Of a stretch of 64,000 bases of DNA, positions 1 through 10,133 are shown piece after piece. Made by a program: the position numbers and the translations under genes. Within the stretch, counting starts at the first letter, position 1. Each line of letters opens with the position of its first letter. Below the pieces are notes generated by a model that searched no databases, was not told the DNA's origin, and saw only the letters and a program-made list of their open reading frames with translations. The DNA is taken from assembly GCA_023248155.1 (NCBI GenBank), contig JAHFFE010000001.1:148873-212872 (forward strand), read 5' to 3'. This DNA comes from Candidatus Omnitrophota bacterium (GTDB taxonomy: Bacteria; Omnitrophota; Gorgyraeia; 1-14-0-20-64-10).

Positions 1-241
1 GGCAGTGATTTGCCGAGCAAAGGGATGTTCAGCGTTAAGCCGATCTGGGCGCCCAGATTGACCTGTTCGGAAACCATCAGGCGGAGTCCGCCGCCGCTGA
101 CGTCGGCCGTTGAGCGGATCAGCGATTTGACAGATAGGCCCGACTCGATCTTTACCGGCCATGAAGCCGTGAGCCGCAGATGACGCCGCGTATTCGAGTA
201 CTGGTATCCTTTTTTGAAAAACCGGTCGAAGATCATAAAAT

Positions 242-1435
242 TTACCAGAGTCCTCCGTGCACCACCTGCTGAAGCGCGGGCAGATTTAGCGAAGTTTCGA
301 TCAAGTCACCGTGCCAGTCGAATTGCGCGAGCCGCCGCACGATGCTGATGATGTCGTCCTGTGTGCCCAGCTCCACCAGCGCGTCGATTTGCTTGTCGCT
401 TAATCGCGCGAACAGTTGGCGCAGGTTCAGGCCCATCTTTAATTCCTGGGCGATCGCTTTCGTCCATTCTTTTTCGTAACGCTGCAGCACTGACGCGCGG
501 AAATCGTTTTTGCGTGCCGCTTCAGCCAATACATCGGCAGCCATGGCGGCACAGAGCATGCCATAGTAAATGCCGCCCTGTGTGGTGGTTTTAACCTGGC
601 CGGCCGCTTCGCCGACGACGAGAACCCGGTCCGTGTAACTGCAGTCAATGGCCTGGATCGGAACGGGACTCAGCAGCATTTTGGGCTGGCTTGTTTTTAT
701 GCGCGGCTGAATGCGCGGATGCTGTAAAAGTTTTTGGAAATAGGCCGGTGTCTCGCGCGTGGAAACCAGGCCGACGCGGGCGCGGTTATCATACAAAGGA
801 ACCACCCAGCCGAACGCTTCCGGCGCGATTTCTTTCCCGAGATAAATTTCCACATCGCGCAGATCAGACATTTCCACTTCGGTCTGCGCGCCGTAAACAA
901 TTTCGCGCGGACCGGAAAGCCCTACCTGGGCCGGCAGATTGGATCCGAACCCGGTTGCGATAATGGCCGCTTTCGCGTAAATGGGAGCGGCGTCATCTTC
1001 TTTTTGGCGGATTTCAACGGAAGCCGAATCGACGCGGATCAGCCGCGCGTGGTAATTGCACCGGATTTCGACACCGGCTTTTTCCGCATTCTGAACAAGC
1101 GCATGGTCGAACTTCAGCCGGCTGACGATGTAGGCCAGCGGCCGTTTCGGGTCGTAGCGGAACGAATGTCCGGATGGCGCGTAAAAGGCGATGGTTTGCA
1201 GATTTCCGACGATCGTTTCTTTTGGAAGCTGCAGTTGATCGAACGCTTCGGCGCCGATGATGCCGGTGCAGTTGATAAACAGTCCGGCCTGCTCATGTTC
1301 TTCGAGCAGCAGCGTCGACAGCCCCGCCTGCGCCGCTTTATAAGCGGCCATGGATCCGGCCGGGCCAGCCCCGATCACCACGACATCATACAATTTAGAA
1401 TCCACACAAACTCCGTTTGTTATCCAGGAGGCCAA
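242..1435 (-). CDS. geranylgeranyl reductase family FAD-dependent oxidoreductase
   Basis: N-terminal FAD-binding Rossmann motif VVVIGAGPAGSMAAYKAA; about 400 aa, typical of the ChlP / digeranylgeranylglycerophospholipid reductase family. Confidence 0.75.
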   Translation of the reverse strand: MASWITNGVCVDSKLYDVVVIGAGPAGSMAAYKAAQAGLSTLLLEEHEQAGLFINCTGIIGAEAFDQLQLPKETIVGNLQTIAFYAPSGHSFRYDPKRPLAYIVSRLKFDHALVQNAEKAGVEIRCNYHARLIRVDSASVEIRQKEDDAAPIYAKAAIIATGFGSNLPAQVGLSGPREIVYGAQTEVEMSDLRDVEIYLGKEIAPEAFGWVVPLYDNRARVGLVSTRETPAYFQKLLQHPRIQPRIKTSQPKMLLSPVPIQAIDCSYTDRVLVVGEAAGQVKTTTQGGIYYGMLCAAMAADVLAEAARKNDFRASVLQRYEKEWTKAIAQELKMGLNLRQLFARLSDKQIDALVELGTQDDIISIVRRLAQFDWHGDLIETSLNLPALQQVVHGGLW

Positions 1436-1764
1436 TGCATCGGACGGCCTCCCAGCAAATGCAGATGCAGGTGATAAACCGACTGTCCTCCGTCGGAATT
1501 ACAGTTAATTACCAGCCGATAGCCGGATTGCGCAATTCCCAGTTCCCGCGCCAACCGGTTGCCTGTGGCCACCAGTTGTCCGGCCAGCAGAGCTGTCGTT
1601 TCATCCAGATCCGATACCCGGTCCAGATGCTGTTTTGGAACAATTAATAAATGAACAGGAGCCTGCGGCTGGAGGTCATGAAAAGCCAAAACCACAGGGT
1701 CTTCGTAAACGATTTTTGCCGGAATTTGCCCGGCTATAATCTTACAAAAGATACAATCCGGCAT
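1420..1764 (-). CDS. HIT family (histidine triad) nucleotide hydrolase
   Basis: C-terminal histidine triad HLHLHLLGG; 114 aa. Confidence 0.85.
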   Translation of the reverse strand: MPDCIFCKIIAGQIPAKIVYEDPVVLAFHDLQPQAPVHLLIVPKQHLDRVSDLDETTALLAGQLVATGNRLARELGIAQSGYRLVINCNSDGGQSVYHLHLHLLGGRPMHWPPG

Positions 1765-1793
1765 TCTAAGTTCAAGCTATTGTTTACTAGCTA

Positions 1794-2883
1794 TTACTTA
1801 CTATTTTCCGCCATTTTTATCCTTCTTGCAAGAGAAGGATGATCATAAAGCAGCCACTCCACCCAGGCGGGTGGTTGCAGCTCAGCCAGGTTTTGCTCGC
1901 CCAGCCGTTTCATGGTGGAAATGAACGCATCCGGATTCTTGGTTTGGGTGAGCGCGAAGCGGTCGGCATCGGTTTCAAACCGGCGGGAAATTCCATGCAG
2001 GAACGGCATCAGCATAAAATCGGCCACGGTTAACCCGAGCGCCAGCCAGGGCAGAATCGCCAAATGATCGAGGCGCGGGATCGACTGTTGGACCATGAGA
2101 CGGTGCAGCAGCAGATTAATCAGAAAGAACGAGGCCGCTGAAGCGGCCGTGCTCAACAGCGTCAGAAGACGGATATGTCCCAGTTTTTGATGGCCGACTT
2201 CGTGTGCCAGAACCGTCTCGATCTCCTCGGGCGGATAGGCGGCCAGCAGTGTGTCGCTGATCAGCACGCGCCGCGATTTTCCCATGCCGCAGAGACAGGC
2301 GTTGGCTTTTTTCGTGGTGCGGCTTAAGTTGATTTCAAAAAAACCGTTTACGCGCGTGCCGCACTGCTTCAGCATTTTTTCCAGCCGTTCACAGAGCGGT
2401 CCCTGCAGCGGCGTTTGTTTGTAAAAAATAGGGATCAACAGCGTCGGAAGAATCCGCGAAAGCACCACGGCCCAGAGCAGCCAGGCCCCTGCCGCCCATA
2501 TCCACCATGAATCCGGTTTCCAGCGAAGCAGTCCAACCAGGCTTTCGAGCATGATCAGTCCGAATGCGGCCGAAAGAAAAAATCCTTTCAGATAATCGGT
2601 CACCCACGATTGTGCCGATTGATTCGACAATCCGAACCGGTGTTCAAGCCGGTAGCCGCGAACCCAGTCCAGCGGAAGAGAGAGTGCGGTCCAGATCAGC
2701 CAGAGCGGCGCGGCGTAAACGGCCACTTGCGCGGCCGGGTGAGAAATGCTTGCTTCAACCCAAAATGCCCAGTGGCGAGCGGCCGGTAAAAAACAGAGAA
2801 GAATCAGAAAAATAAATTGCCCAACTGTTTCTGCGACCCAGAATTTCCGGCGGATAACCGCATACTGTTTGGCATCGGGCTTG
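1794..2883 (-). CDS. M48 family (Ste24/HtpX-like) zinc metallopeptidase, start unresolved
   Basis: HEVGHQKLGH zinc motif (HExxH) plus multiple N-terminal TM helices. The ORF as called runs to 3065, but its first ~60 codons overlap the PilZ gene and look like out-of-frame GC-rich translation; no ATG/GTG/TTG was found just downstream of the PilZ stop. Confidence 0.65.
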
Positions 2884-2886
2884 GAG

Positions 2887-3369
2887 TTATTCACGGGTGC
2901 GCAGCGCTTCCCGTAAATCAGCGGCGAACGGTTCAGATAAGGGTTCGAAATGAAGCCCGGCAAAAAACCGGCGAGGTTCTTTTTCACCGGCCGGCATCTC
3001 CTTGATCCAGACGACTGTGGCGCGGACCGGGGCAGCCGCTTCGACGGAACGATCCGGAAAGGCAATCTCCAGTTCCAACAGCGATCCGACCGGAATTTTT
3101 TCCAGAATCATGACGCCGATTCCGGACCGGCTGATATTGTCGGTAGCCGCCTGGGAAGCGGGCGCTGCCGCTGATTCAGGCATCCGGCGATAGCGGACCG
3201 TCCAATCAACCCGAAAACGGGGCGCGCGGCGCGAATCGGATCTCATCCAAAGCCGGCGCAGCCGTCCCGTCGGAACTTTGCCTTGCTCGACCAGTTTTTC
3301 TTCACGCACGACAACGCTTAAAATTAAAAAGCTCAACACCACAGCGCCCATTCCAAAAATCGGGAACAT
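2887..3369 (-). CDS. PilZ domain protein (c-di-GMP binding)
   Basis: N-terminal TM segment, then an RxxxR motif (RRAPRFR) and D/NxSxxG motif (DNISRSGIG) characteristic of PilZ. Confidence 0.65.
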   Translation of the reverse strand: MFPIFGMGAVVLSFLILSVVVREEKLVEQGKVPTGRLRRLWMRSDSRRAPRFRVDWTVRYRRMPESAAAPASQAATDNISRSGIGVMILEKIPVGSLLELEIAFPDRSVEAAAPVRATVVWIKEMPAGEKEPRRFFAGLHFEPLSEPFAADLREALRTRE

Positions 3370-4218
3370 TTAACAGCTCCTTTTTTTCAACGGCGTATTG
3401 TCTACCCAGGCCATCAGATCGTCGAACACTTTTTGTCTGCCGGTTTCATTAAAAATTTCATGAAAAAAACCGGGATATCCCCGGTAATCGGCCTGTTTGC
3501 AGTGACGTGCGAATTGTTGAGAGGCGTTCGGGCTGCAGATCGGATCCGATTCCCCCTGCAGAATCAGGCACGGGATCGTGATTTGTTCCGCGTAGGCGGC
3601 CGAATGGGCCAGCGCTGCGCGCAGCGCGACGGCCGCGCGCGCCGTAATGACGCTGAAAATCAACGGGTCCGTTTTGTAGTCGTTCACTACTGTCGGATCA
3701 TGGGATAAAAATCCAGGCATAACGACGTTGGGCAGATGCGTGGTCGGAACGATCCCGGATAAAATCTCAGCCACCCGTATTTTCAGCGCCGGTATTTTTT
3801 GCACCAGCTCCAATGCCGGCGCCGACGCAATGACGGCTGCCAATTTATTGCCATGCTGTGCGGCATAGGCCAGTACAATCAGTCCGCCCAGGCTGTGCCC
3901 GATTAAAACAACGGGCAGTCCCGGATTTTTCACGCGCGCATGATCGATCAGCAGATCCAGATCATCCAGATACTCCTGGAACGAACGAAAGTCGCCGCGC
4001 CGCCCTTCCGAATGGCCGTGGCCGCGGTGATCGATCGCCCAGACATCGGCGCCATCGGCCGAGAGGATGCCGGCCAGTTCTTCATACCGCCCGGAATGTT
4101 CGGCCATTCCATGCGCGATCAGCGCAACGAAACGGATTGTTTTTTGTGCCGGCCAATGCCGGAAAAAAAGCCGGAGTCCGTCGGCGGAACAGAGGAAATT
4201 CTCGTCGGCGTGCGTCAT
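3370..4218 (-). CDS. alpha/beta hydrolase, lysophospholipase / monoacylglycerol lipase-like
   Basis: GHSLGG nucleophile elbow, HGMAEHSGRY region, 282 aa. Confidence 0.8.
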   Translation of the reverse strand: MTHADENFLCSADGLRLFFRHWPAQKTIRFVALIAHGMAEHSGRYEELAGILSADGADVWAIDHRGHGHSEGRRGDFRSFQEYLDDLDLLIDHARVKNPGLPVVLIGHSLGGLIVLAYAAQHGNKLAAVIASAPALELVQKIPALKIRVAEILSGIVPTTHLPNVVMPGFLSHDPTVVNDYKTDPLIFSVITARAAVALRAALAHSAAYAEQITIPCLILQGESDPICSPNASQQFARHCKQADYRGYPGFFHEIFNETGRQKVFDDLMAWVDNTPLKKRSC

Positions 4219-5996
4219 GACGGGTAAAGGGAATCGATTTCGCGCGCGTAGCGCTCGGCGACGACGCGCCGTTTGATTTTCAGTGTCGGCGTCAGTTCGC
4301 CCGCGCCGGCGCTGAACGGCTGCGGCAGCAGCGCGAATCGCTTGATCTGTTCAAACTGCGCCAAGGACTGATTGACCGTCTGCAGTTGTTTTTGAAAAAA
4401 ATCATTAATCTTCGGATGAACCACCCATGTTTCGGGGCTGTCCGGCGGCAACCCAAGCTCGCGCGCCAATTTCGCCAGCTGTTCCGGGTTGGGCACCAGC
4501 AGCGCGCTTAGATATTTGCGCTTGTCGCCGATCACCACCGCGTCGTCGATAGCCGCGCTATTTTTGAGTTTCGCTTCCAGGTATTGGGGCGCCACCATTT
4601 TCCCACCGGATGTTTTAATCAGATCTTTCTTGCGGTCGGTAATCGTCAGGAAGCCGTTGGCATCCAGCACGCCGATGTCTCCGGTATGAAACCATCGGTC
4701 AGCATCAATCGCTTCGGCCGTGGCGGCCGGATTCTGATAATACCCTTTCATGATGTGCGGACCGCGCGTGAGAATTTCGCCGTCCTCGGCGATTTTGACT
4801 TCGGCGCCGGGCAGCGGAATGCCGACGCTTCCGAACTTGAACCGGTCCAGCCGGTTGGCCGCAATGACCGGCGACGTTTCGGTCAGGCCGTACCCCTCAA
4901 TGATCAGAACCCCGCAAGCGAAGAAAAATTCGGCGACGGAAGGCGACAACGGCGCTCCACCCGATACAAAAAACCGGATCCGGCCGCCCATCCGTTCCTT
5001 GATCTGGCGGAACACCAGCCGGTCGGCGATCCGTTGTTTGAACCGGAGACCCACAGGCGGCTGCTCGCGGCGCTGAAGAAAATGGCCGTACTCTTCGCCG
5101 GTCCTCAGCGCCCAGTGAAATATCGCTTTTTTCAGCGGCGGCGCCTGCTTCAGCACCGCCAAAACCCGTTCGTGGAATTTTTCGTAAAACCGCGGAACGC
5201 CGGTCACTACAGTCGGCCGGACTTCCACAAGATTTTTCGGGACGGCCTCGGCATTTTCGGCATAGGCGATGCATCCGCCGACGGAAATCACGAAATAATA
5301 ACCGGCGGTCCGTTCAAAAACATGCGAGAGCGGCAGAAACGACAACAGCGTATCGTTCTCGTTAATCGGGATCGCTTCACGGATCATCCGGCAGTTGCTG
5401 ACAAAATTGGAATGCGTCAGCATCACCCCTTTCGGGGTTCCGGTGGTTCCGGAGGTGTAGATAAGGGAGGCCAGGTCGTCGTCGCGCACGGCGTTGCGGC
5501 GCTGTTCCAGCAACGCTTTTGTTTCCGGAGAGGCGGTTTTTCCGGTTCCCAGCAGTTCTCCGATCCACCAGATGCGCGGGCCTGCCGCCGCGTACGGCGA
5601 ATCGAATAAAATCACCTTGAGGTCGAACTCTTTTTGCAGCGGAACCACTTTTGCCATCAACTCTGTCGAAGAGACAAAGATAAATTTGGCGCCGCTGTCG
5701 CGCAGCAAAACGCCGATTTCTTCGGTCGTCAGCGTTGCGTAGACCGGAACCGTAACTCCGCCCAACTGCAGAATCGCCAGGTCGGCGATGGCCCATTCCG
5801 GCCGGTTTTCCGACAGAATTGCGGTACGGTCTCCATGGGCCAGCCCCAGTTCCATCAGTCCAACGGCGACCGCGTCGACTTGAACGGCCAGCTCCTTCCA
5901 CGAAATCGGCTCGTAGTGCCCGCTGCGCTTAACTTGGAAGGCCGCCTGCTCCGGACGCTTTTGCGCCTGTTCGAAGAAAACCGATGGAATCGTCAT
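4215..5996 (-). CDS. long-chain fatty acid--CoA ligase (AMP-dependent synthetase)
   Basis: AMP-binding signature YTSGTTGTPKGV; 593 aa; overlaps the downstream hydrolase gene by 4 nt. Confidence 0.85.
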   Translation of the reverse strand: MTIPSVFFEQAQKRPEQAAFQVKRSGHYEPISWKELAVQVDAVAVGLMELGLAHGDRTAILSENRPEWAIADLAILQLGGVTVPVYATLTTEEIGVLLRDSGAKFIFVSSTELMAKVVPLQKEFDLKVILFDSPYAAAGPRIWWIGELLGTGKTASPETKALLEQRRNAVRDDDLASLIYTSGTTGTPKGVMLTHSNFVSNCRMIREAIPINENDTLLSFLPLSHVFERTAGYYFVISVGGCIAYAENAEAVPKNLVEVRPTVVTGVPRFYEKFHERVLAVLKQAPPLKKAIFHWALRTGEEYGHFLQRREQPPVGLRFKQRIADRLVFRQIKERMGGRIRFFVSGGAPLSPSVAEFFFACGVLIIEGYGLTETSPVIAANRLDRFKFGSVGIPLPGAEVKIAEDGEILTRGPHIMKGYYQNPAATAEAIDADRWFHTGDIGVLDANGFLTITDRKKDLIKTSGGKMVAPQYLEAKLKNSAAIDDAVVIGDKRKYLSALLVPNPEQLAKLARELGLPPDSPETWVVHPKINDFFQKQLQTVNQSLAQFEQIKRFALLPQPFSAGAGELTPTLKIKRRVVAERYAREIDSLYPS

Positions 5997-5999
5997 GAA

Positions 6000-6782
6000 T
6001 TAGCGGTCTTCAAATTTCGGCGGGCGTTTTTCAAGAAACCCGCGCAACCCTTCTTTCATGTCGTAGGTTTCGCAGACTTCGCCGAACAGATCGGCCTCCC
6101 ATTCCAACGCTTTTTCCAGCGGCATCTCGAGCCCTTTGCGGCCCAGTTTCAGAATCCGTTCGATGGCCGGCCGGCTCTTGGCGGCGATTTTCTTGGCCAT
6201 TCCCTGAGCTTCTTTCATCAACTGGTCTTCCGGCAGCGCCTTGCTGACCAACCCGATCGCTTCAGCCGTTTTGCCGTTGATCATGTCGCCGGTGAGGCAG
6301 AGTTCGAGTCCTTTGGAAAGCCCGACGATCCGCGTGAGCCGCTGCGTGCCGCCGAATCCCGGGATGATTCCCAGATTGATTTCCGGCTGGCCGAACCGCG
6401 CCCGCTCGTTGGCCAGGCGGATGGTGGCAGCCATCACCAGTTCGTTGCCACCGCCGAGGCAGTGGCCCTGGATCACGGCGATCGACGGGATCGGCAGGTT
6501 TTCCAGCTTGCTGATCACCATCTGACCCAGCGCGGAGGCCTTGCGGCCTTCGGCGGCGCCGTTGATTTCGGAAATTTCCTTGATGTCGGCGCCGACGATG
6601 AAAAACGATCCGGTCGTCGTGATGATCAGCACTTTCACATTTTTATCAACCGCGATCTGATCAAAAAATGTATTCAGTTCAGTCAGCACCGCGCGAGAGA
6701 GCATATTGGCCGGCGGATTGCTGATCGTCAGCGTGCAGACTTTATCCTGAATGGAAGATGCTAAATATTGAAAATCAGCCAT
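6000..6782 (-). CDS. enoyl-CoA hydratase/isomerase (crotonase family)
   Basis: 260 aa; crotonase fold residues (GGGNELVMAATIRLANERARFGQPEINLGIIPG). Confidence 0.85.
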   Translation of the reverse strand: MADFQYLASSIQDKVCTLTISNPPANMLSRAVLTELNTFFDQIAVDKNVKVLIITTTGSFFIVGADIKEISEINGAAEGRKASALGQMVISKLENLPIPSIAVIQGHCLGGGNELVMAATIRLANERARFGQPEINLGIIPGFGGTQRLTRIVGLSKGLELCLTGDMINGKTAEAIGLVSKALPEDQLMKEAQGMAKKIAAKSRPAIERILKLGRKGLEMPLEKALEWEADLFGEVCETYDMKEGLRGFLEKRPPKFEDR

Positions 6783-6800
6783 GAAACACCCCTTTCTGTG

Positions 6801-8036
6801 TCATGAGTAACTGAAAAAGCCTTGCTTGGTTTTAACGCCCAAATGACCGGCATTGCGCATCGTGCGCAGCCGGTGTGCCGGATGAAAGCGGAAACCCAGT
6901 TCTTTCGTAAACCCGTCGAGTAAATCGACCAACGTATCGATGCCCATTGCGTCGGCGGCATGCAGCAGGCCGCTTTTCGAGGCCGGATATCCCAAGCCCG
7001 CCATCACGCCGATTTCGATTTCACCGGCCGTGGAAATTTTTTCCTGCAGCGTCAGCACTGCTTCGTTGATAATCAGCGCCATCAGCCGTTCGGGTGTGAA
7101 TTGTGTTTTGGGATGGTTCAATTTTTTCTGCAGATCGGCGATTGCCTTGGCCACTTCGGAGTCCGGTTTGCCCGGATCGGACGGTCCGCCCTGCGTGTAA
7201 TCGTAAAACCCTTTGCCGCCTTTGCGGCCCAGCCGCTTCATCTCCTGCAGCGTCAGCCACAGTTCGGCCGGCTTCATCCGGTCGCCGTAACCTTCCCAAA
7301 GCACCTTGCCGGCCTCGGCGCAGATATCGAGCCCGAGCGCGTCGATCAGCGTGAAAGGACCCATCGGCCATCCGGTCGCTTTCATCGCGGCATCGATCTC
7401 TTCGATCGATGCGGCTCCCTCTTGGAGCGCCAACACTGCTTCATTGAGATATGGCATCAACAGCCGGTTGACTAAAAAGCCGGGGCATTCCTGCACGCGG
7501 ATCGGCAATTTCTTCAGGCTTTCGGCCAGAGTGATTACTTCCTCAACCGTTTCGTCGGAGGTTTGCAGGCCCGGGATCACCTCGACCAGCTTCATGATGT
7601 TGGCCGGAAAAAAGAAATGCACGCCGACAACCTTGTCCGGCCGTTGGGTGGCGGCCGCGATCGCCGAGATCGACAGCGCCGACGTATTCGTTGCCAGAAT
7701 CGTATTTTTCGGGCAGGCTTCGTCGAGCGCCTTAAAAATAGAGAGTTTGATATTCATGATTTCAGGCACTGCTTCAATCACCAGATCGACATCCTTGAAA
7801 TCTTCATAGCGCGTGGTCGGCGTGATTTTTTTCATCTGGATTTCCAGTTCTTCGGGCGTCATCCGCTTTTTCGCGACGAGCCGGTCATACACCTTGCGGA
7901 TATTTTCAACGCCGCGCTGAAGCGCTTTATCGTCGATCTCCTTGAGTACCACCGGTATTCCGCTGTATGCGATGATCTGCGCGATACCCGCGCCCATCGT
8001 TCCGCCGCCGACTACGCCTGCCTTGTAAATCGCCAT
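6801..8036 (-). CDS. 3-hydroxyacyl-CoA dehydrogenase, NAD-binding
   Basis: N-terminal GVVGGGTMGAGIAQ Rossmann motif and a C-terminal 3HCDH domain; 411 aa. Confidence 0.85.
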   Translation of the reverse strand: MAIYKAGVVGGGTMGAGIAQIIAYSGIPVVLKEIDDKALQRGVENIRKVYDRLVAKKRMTPEELEIQMKKITPTTRYEDFKDVDLVIEAVPEIMNIKLSIFKALDEACPKNTILATNTSALSISAIAAATQRPDKVVGVHFFFPANIMKLVEVIPGLQTSDETVEEVITLAESLKKLPIRVQECPGFLVNRLLMPYLNEAVLALQEGAASIEEIDAAMKATGWPMGPFTLIDALGLDICAEAGKVLWEGYGDRMKPAELWLTLQEMKRLGRKGGKGFYDYTQGGPSDPGKPDSEVAKAIADLQKKLNHPKTQFTPERLMALIINEAVLTLQEKISTAGEIEIGVMAGLGYPASKSGLLHAADAMGIDTLVDLLDGFTKELGFRFHPAHRLRTMRNAGHLGVKTKQGFFSYS

Positions 8037-8064
8037 CGTTATTTACTCCTTTGCATTAATGGGA

Positions 8065-10104
8065 TTAATCCGCCAGCAATTTCTTGATCGAATCCATCTG
8101 TGCCATGGTTGTTTCTTCGCCGCACCGAATCAATTGGTCGACATTGTAAAATTCCCACCAGTTGATGCGCGGGATCGTCGGGTGCAGCGCTACATCGGCT
8201 TGCGCGCACTGCGCCTCAGCCAGCACATATTCCATGCCCTGGATGGCATGCATCAGAATATCGAACGTGTTGATGTCCAGCCAGCGCATCCAGGCCTGCT
8301 TGAATCGGAAGACCCGGTTTTTCCACCAGCCCTGAAACCGCATTTCGTATGCTTTCTGGGCTTCTTGTACGGCGAACTCCTGGTATTTTGCTTTCATATC
8401 CTGCGGACTGGGCAGCGTGTTCACGGCGATGATTTTCCGCACGCCGGCCTGCCGCAACAAATCCACCGGCACCGGGCTTAAGACGCCGCCGTCGGTCAAA
8501 TACCGTCCGCGCACTTTCAGCGGCATAAAAATTCCGGGAATCGCCACCGACGCGCGCACGGCCGGAACGACCGGCCCCTCTTCAAAAACCACCACTTCGC
8601 GCCGTTTGTAGTCGACGGCAGCGATTTTGACAGGAATTTTCAGATCGCGAAAAGTGCTTTCTCCCAAATGCTGCCGCAGCATCCGCGTAACCTGTACGCC
8701 GGCCAAAATTCCCATGCGTGAGATCGATAAATCCAGCAATTGCAGCAGTGATTTGCGCGTGCGGAACCGGTTGGCGATTTTTTCCAGCGCGACACTGTCG
8801 TATCCGGCGCCCCAGAGCGCGCCGATCAGCGCGCCGATCGAAGAGCCGGCGATAATATCGATGGGAATTCCTTCCTTCTCGAGTGCGCGGATGACGCCGA
8901 TATGCGCAATGCCCATTGCGGCGCCGGAACCAAGCACCACGCCGATCCGCACACCGCCGGTTTCGCGCGCGATCCGCCGGATGATTTTTCCGTAATCGGT
9001 TTGCGTATCGGTCGCGGCACCGACCGGTTTCGGCAGCACCGCCTGAACCTTGGCGCCCAATAGTTCCCCCTGCTCAAGGTCGGAGAGCGCATGAGATCCG
9101 TTCTGCACGATGATGCGCAGCCGTTCTGCCGCCTGCGGAACGGTTTTTTTCAATTCTTCCAGAATGACTCCGGCCCGTTCCAGATCGTGGCGATCTCCGT
9201 GGCAAAGCAGATGGATCTGATCGGCCTGCACCATCGCTTTGAAAACGGCGCGGTCAACGGCCGGCGGCAGATCCACGACGACAAAATGGTACAAATTGGT
9301 CAGGTACGACAACAGATGCGCCAGCAGCGCGGCATTCTCGGAGCTGCCCGGTTCATGCGCGGCATGCATCAGGTCGATGCCCAGCTTCTCGTACTTCACG
9401 ACAGCCGAGGAGGCCTGCATCGGGTCGAATGATTCTTTTCCGGAAAAGACCGGCAGACGGATTCCCAGCCGTCCCTCGGCCCAGTCGCTGGCGGAATCGA
9501 CCAGCACCCAGATCACCTGCTTACCCGTTTCGCGATGAAGCGCGGCGGCCAGACTGGTTGTGTAGAGATGGCGCTGCGCGGTAGCGCAATTGCCGTGGAC
9601 GGAAACCAGCGTTGATTCAAATACTTTTTTGGGCGGAAGATCTTTTTGGCGTACACGCTGTGAAAGCGTGGTCGAAAGCTGAATGCCGACATCAGGGATC
9701 TGTTTTAAAATGGCCTCGAATCCGTCGCGGCTGATCTTGATTAAGATACAGGCGTTGAGCGCTTGCGTGGTGACCGAATGCGGTTCGCGCGTTAAGATCG
9801 ATTTGGTGCCGAAATAATCGCCGCGATGCAGCGTTTCAACCGTTTCTTCCCGGCCGTTGTCGTACCGTACGAAGAGGCGTACACGGCCGCTGACCAACCC
9901 ATAAAAAGTATCGTTCGGGTCTCCCTGCGTATAGAGGATTTCGCCGGTTTCATGTTCGGAGAGGCGCGAAACGGAGGCGACGAAGCCCAGCTGCTCATCG
10001 GTCAGATGAGAGAAGATCGAGATCTGCCTTAAGAACCAGCGTTTGTTGGCTGCGATCGGTTCCGGCGAAACCGGCGGCTGATCGTCTGAAGAAGGCGTCG
10101 TCAT
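8065..10104 (-). CDS. cyclic nucleotide-binding domain / patatin-like phospholipase fusion protein
   Basis: N-terminal cNMP-binding (CAP-like) domain, FGTKSIL region; C-terminal patatin with GxGxxG (GVVLGSGAAMG) and GxSxG (AGSSIG) lipase motifs and a DGG motif (YLTDGGV). Confidence 0.8.
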   Translation of the reverse strand: MTTPSSDDQPPVSPEPIAANKRWFLRQISIFSHLTDEQLGFVASVSRLSEHETGEILYTQGDPNDTFYGLVSGRVRLFVRYDNGREETVETLHRGDYFGTKSILTREPHSVTTQALNACILIKISRDGFEAILKQIPDVGIQLSTTLSQRVRQKDLPPKKVFESTLVSVHGNCATAQRHLYTTSLAAALHRETGKQVIWVLVDSASDWAEGRLGIRLPVFSGKESFDPMQASSAVVKYEKLGIDLMHAAHEPGSSENAALLAHLLSYLTNLYHFVVVDLPPAVDRAVFKAMVQADQIHLLCHGDRHDLERAGVILEELKKTVPQAAERLRIIVQNGSHALSDLEQGELLGAKVQAVLPKPVGAATDTQTDYGKIIRRIARETGGVRIGVVLGSGAAMGIAHIGVIRALEKEGIPIDIIAGSSIGALIGALWGAGYDSVALEKIANRFRTRKSLLQLLDLSISRMGILAGVQVTRMLRQHLGESTFRDLKIPVKIAAVDYKRREVVVFEEGPVVPAVRASVAIPGIFMPLKVRGRYLTDGGVLSPVPVDLLRQAGVRKIIAVNTLPSPQDMKAKYQEFAVQEAQKAYEMRFQGWWKNRVFRFKQAWMRWLDINTFDILMHAIQGMEYVLAEAQCAQADVALHPTIPRINWWEFYNVDQLIRCGEETTMAQMDSIKKLLAD

Positions 10105-10133
10105 GACCTTTGTATGATAACAATCTTGGAGTG

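Noticed and set aside
4584-5609. 341-aa plus-strand ORF antisense to the acyl-CoA ligase gene
   Set aside because: Arg/Gly/Pro-rich low-complexity translation typical of antisense frames in GC-rich DNA; it lies entirely inside a well-supported gene
5634-6764. 376-aa plus-strand ORF overlapping fadD and the enoyl-CoA hydratase gene in antisense
   Set aside because: Spurious GC-frame ORF, with no start context and no domain
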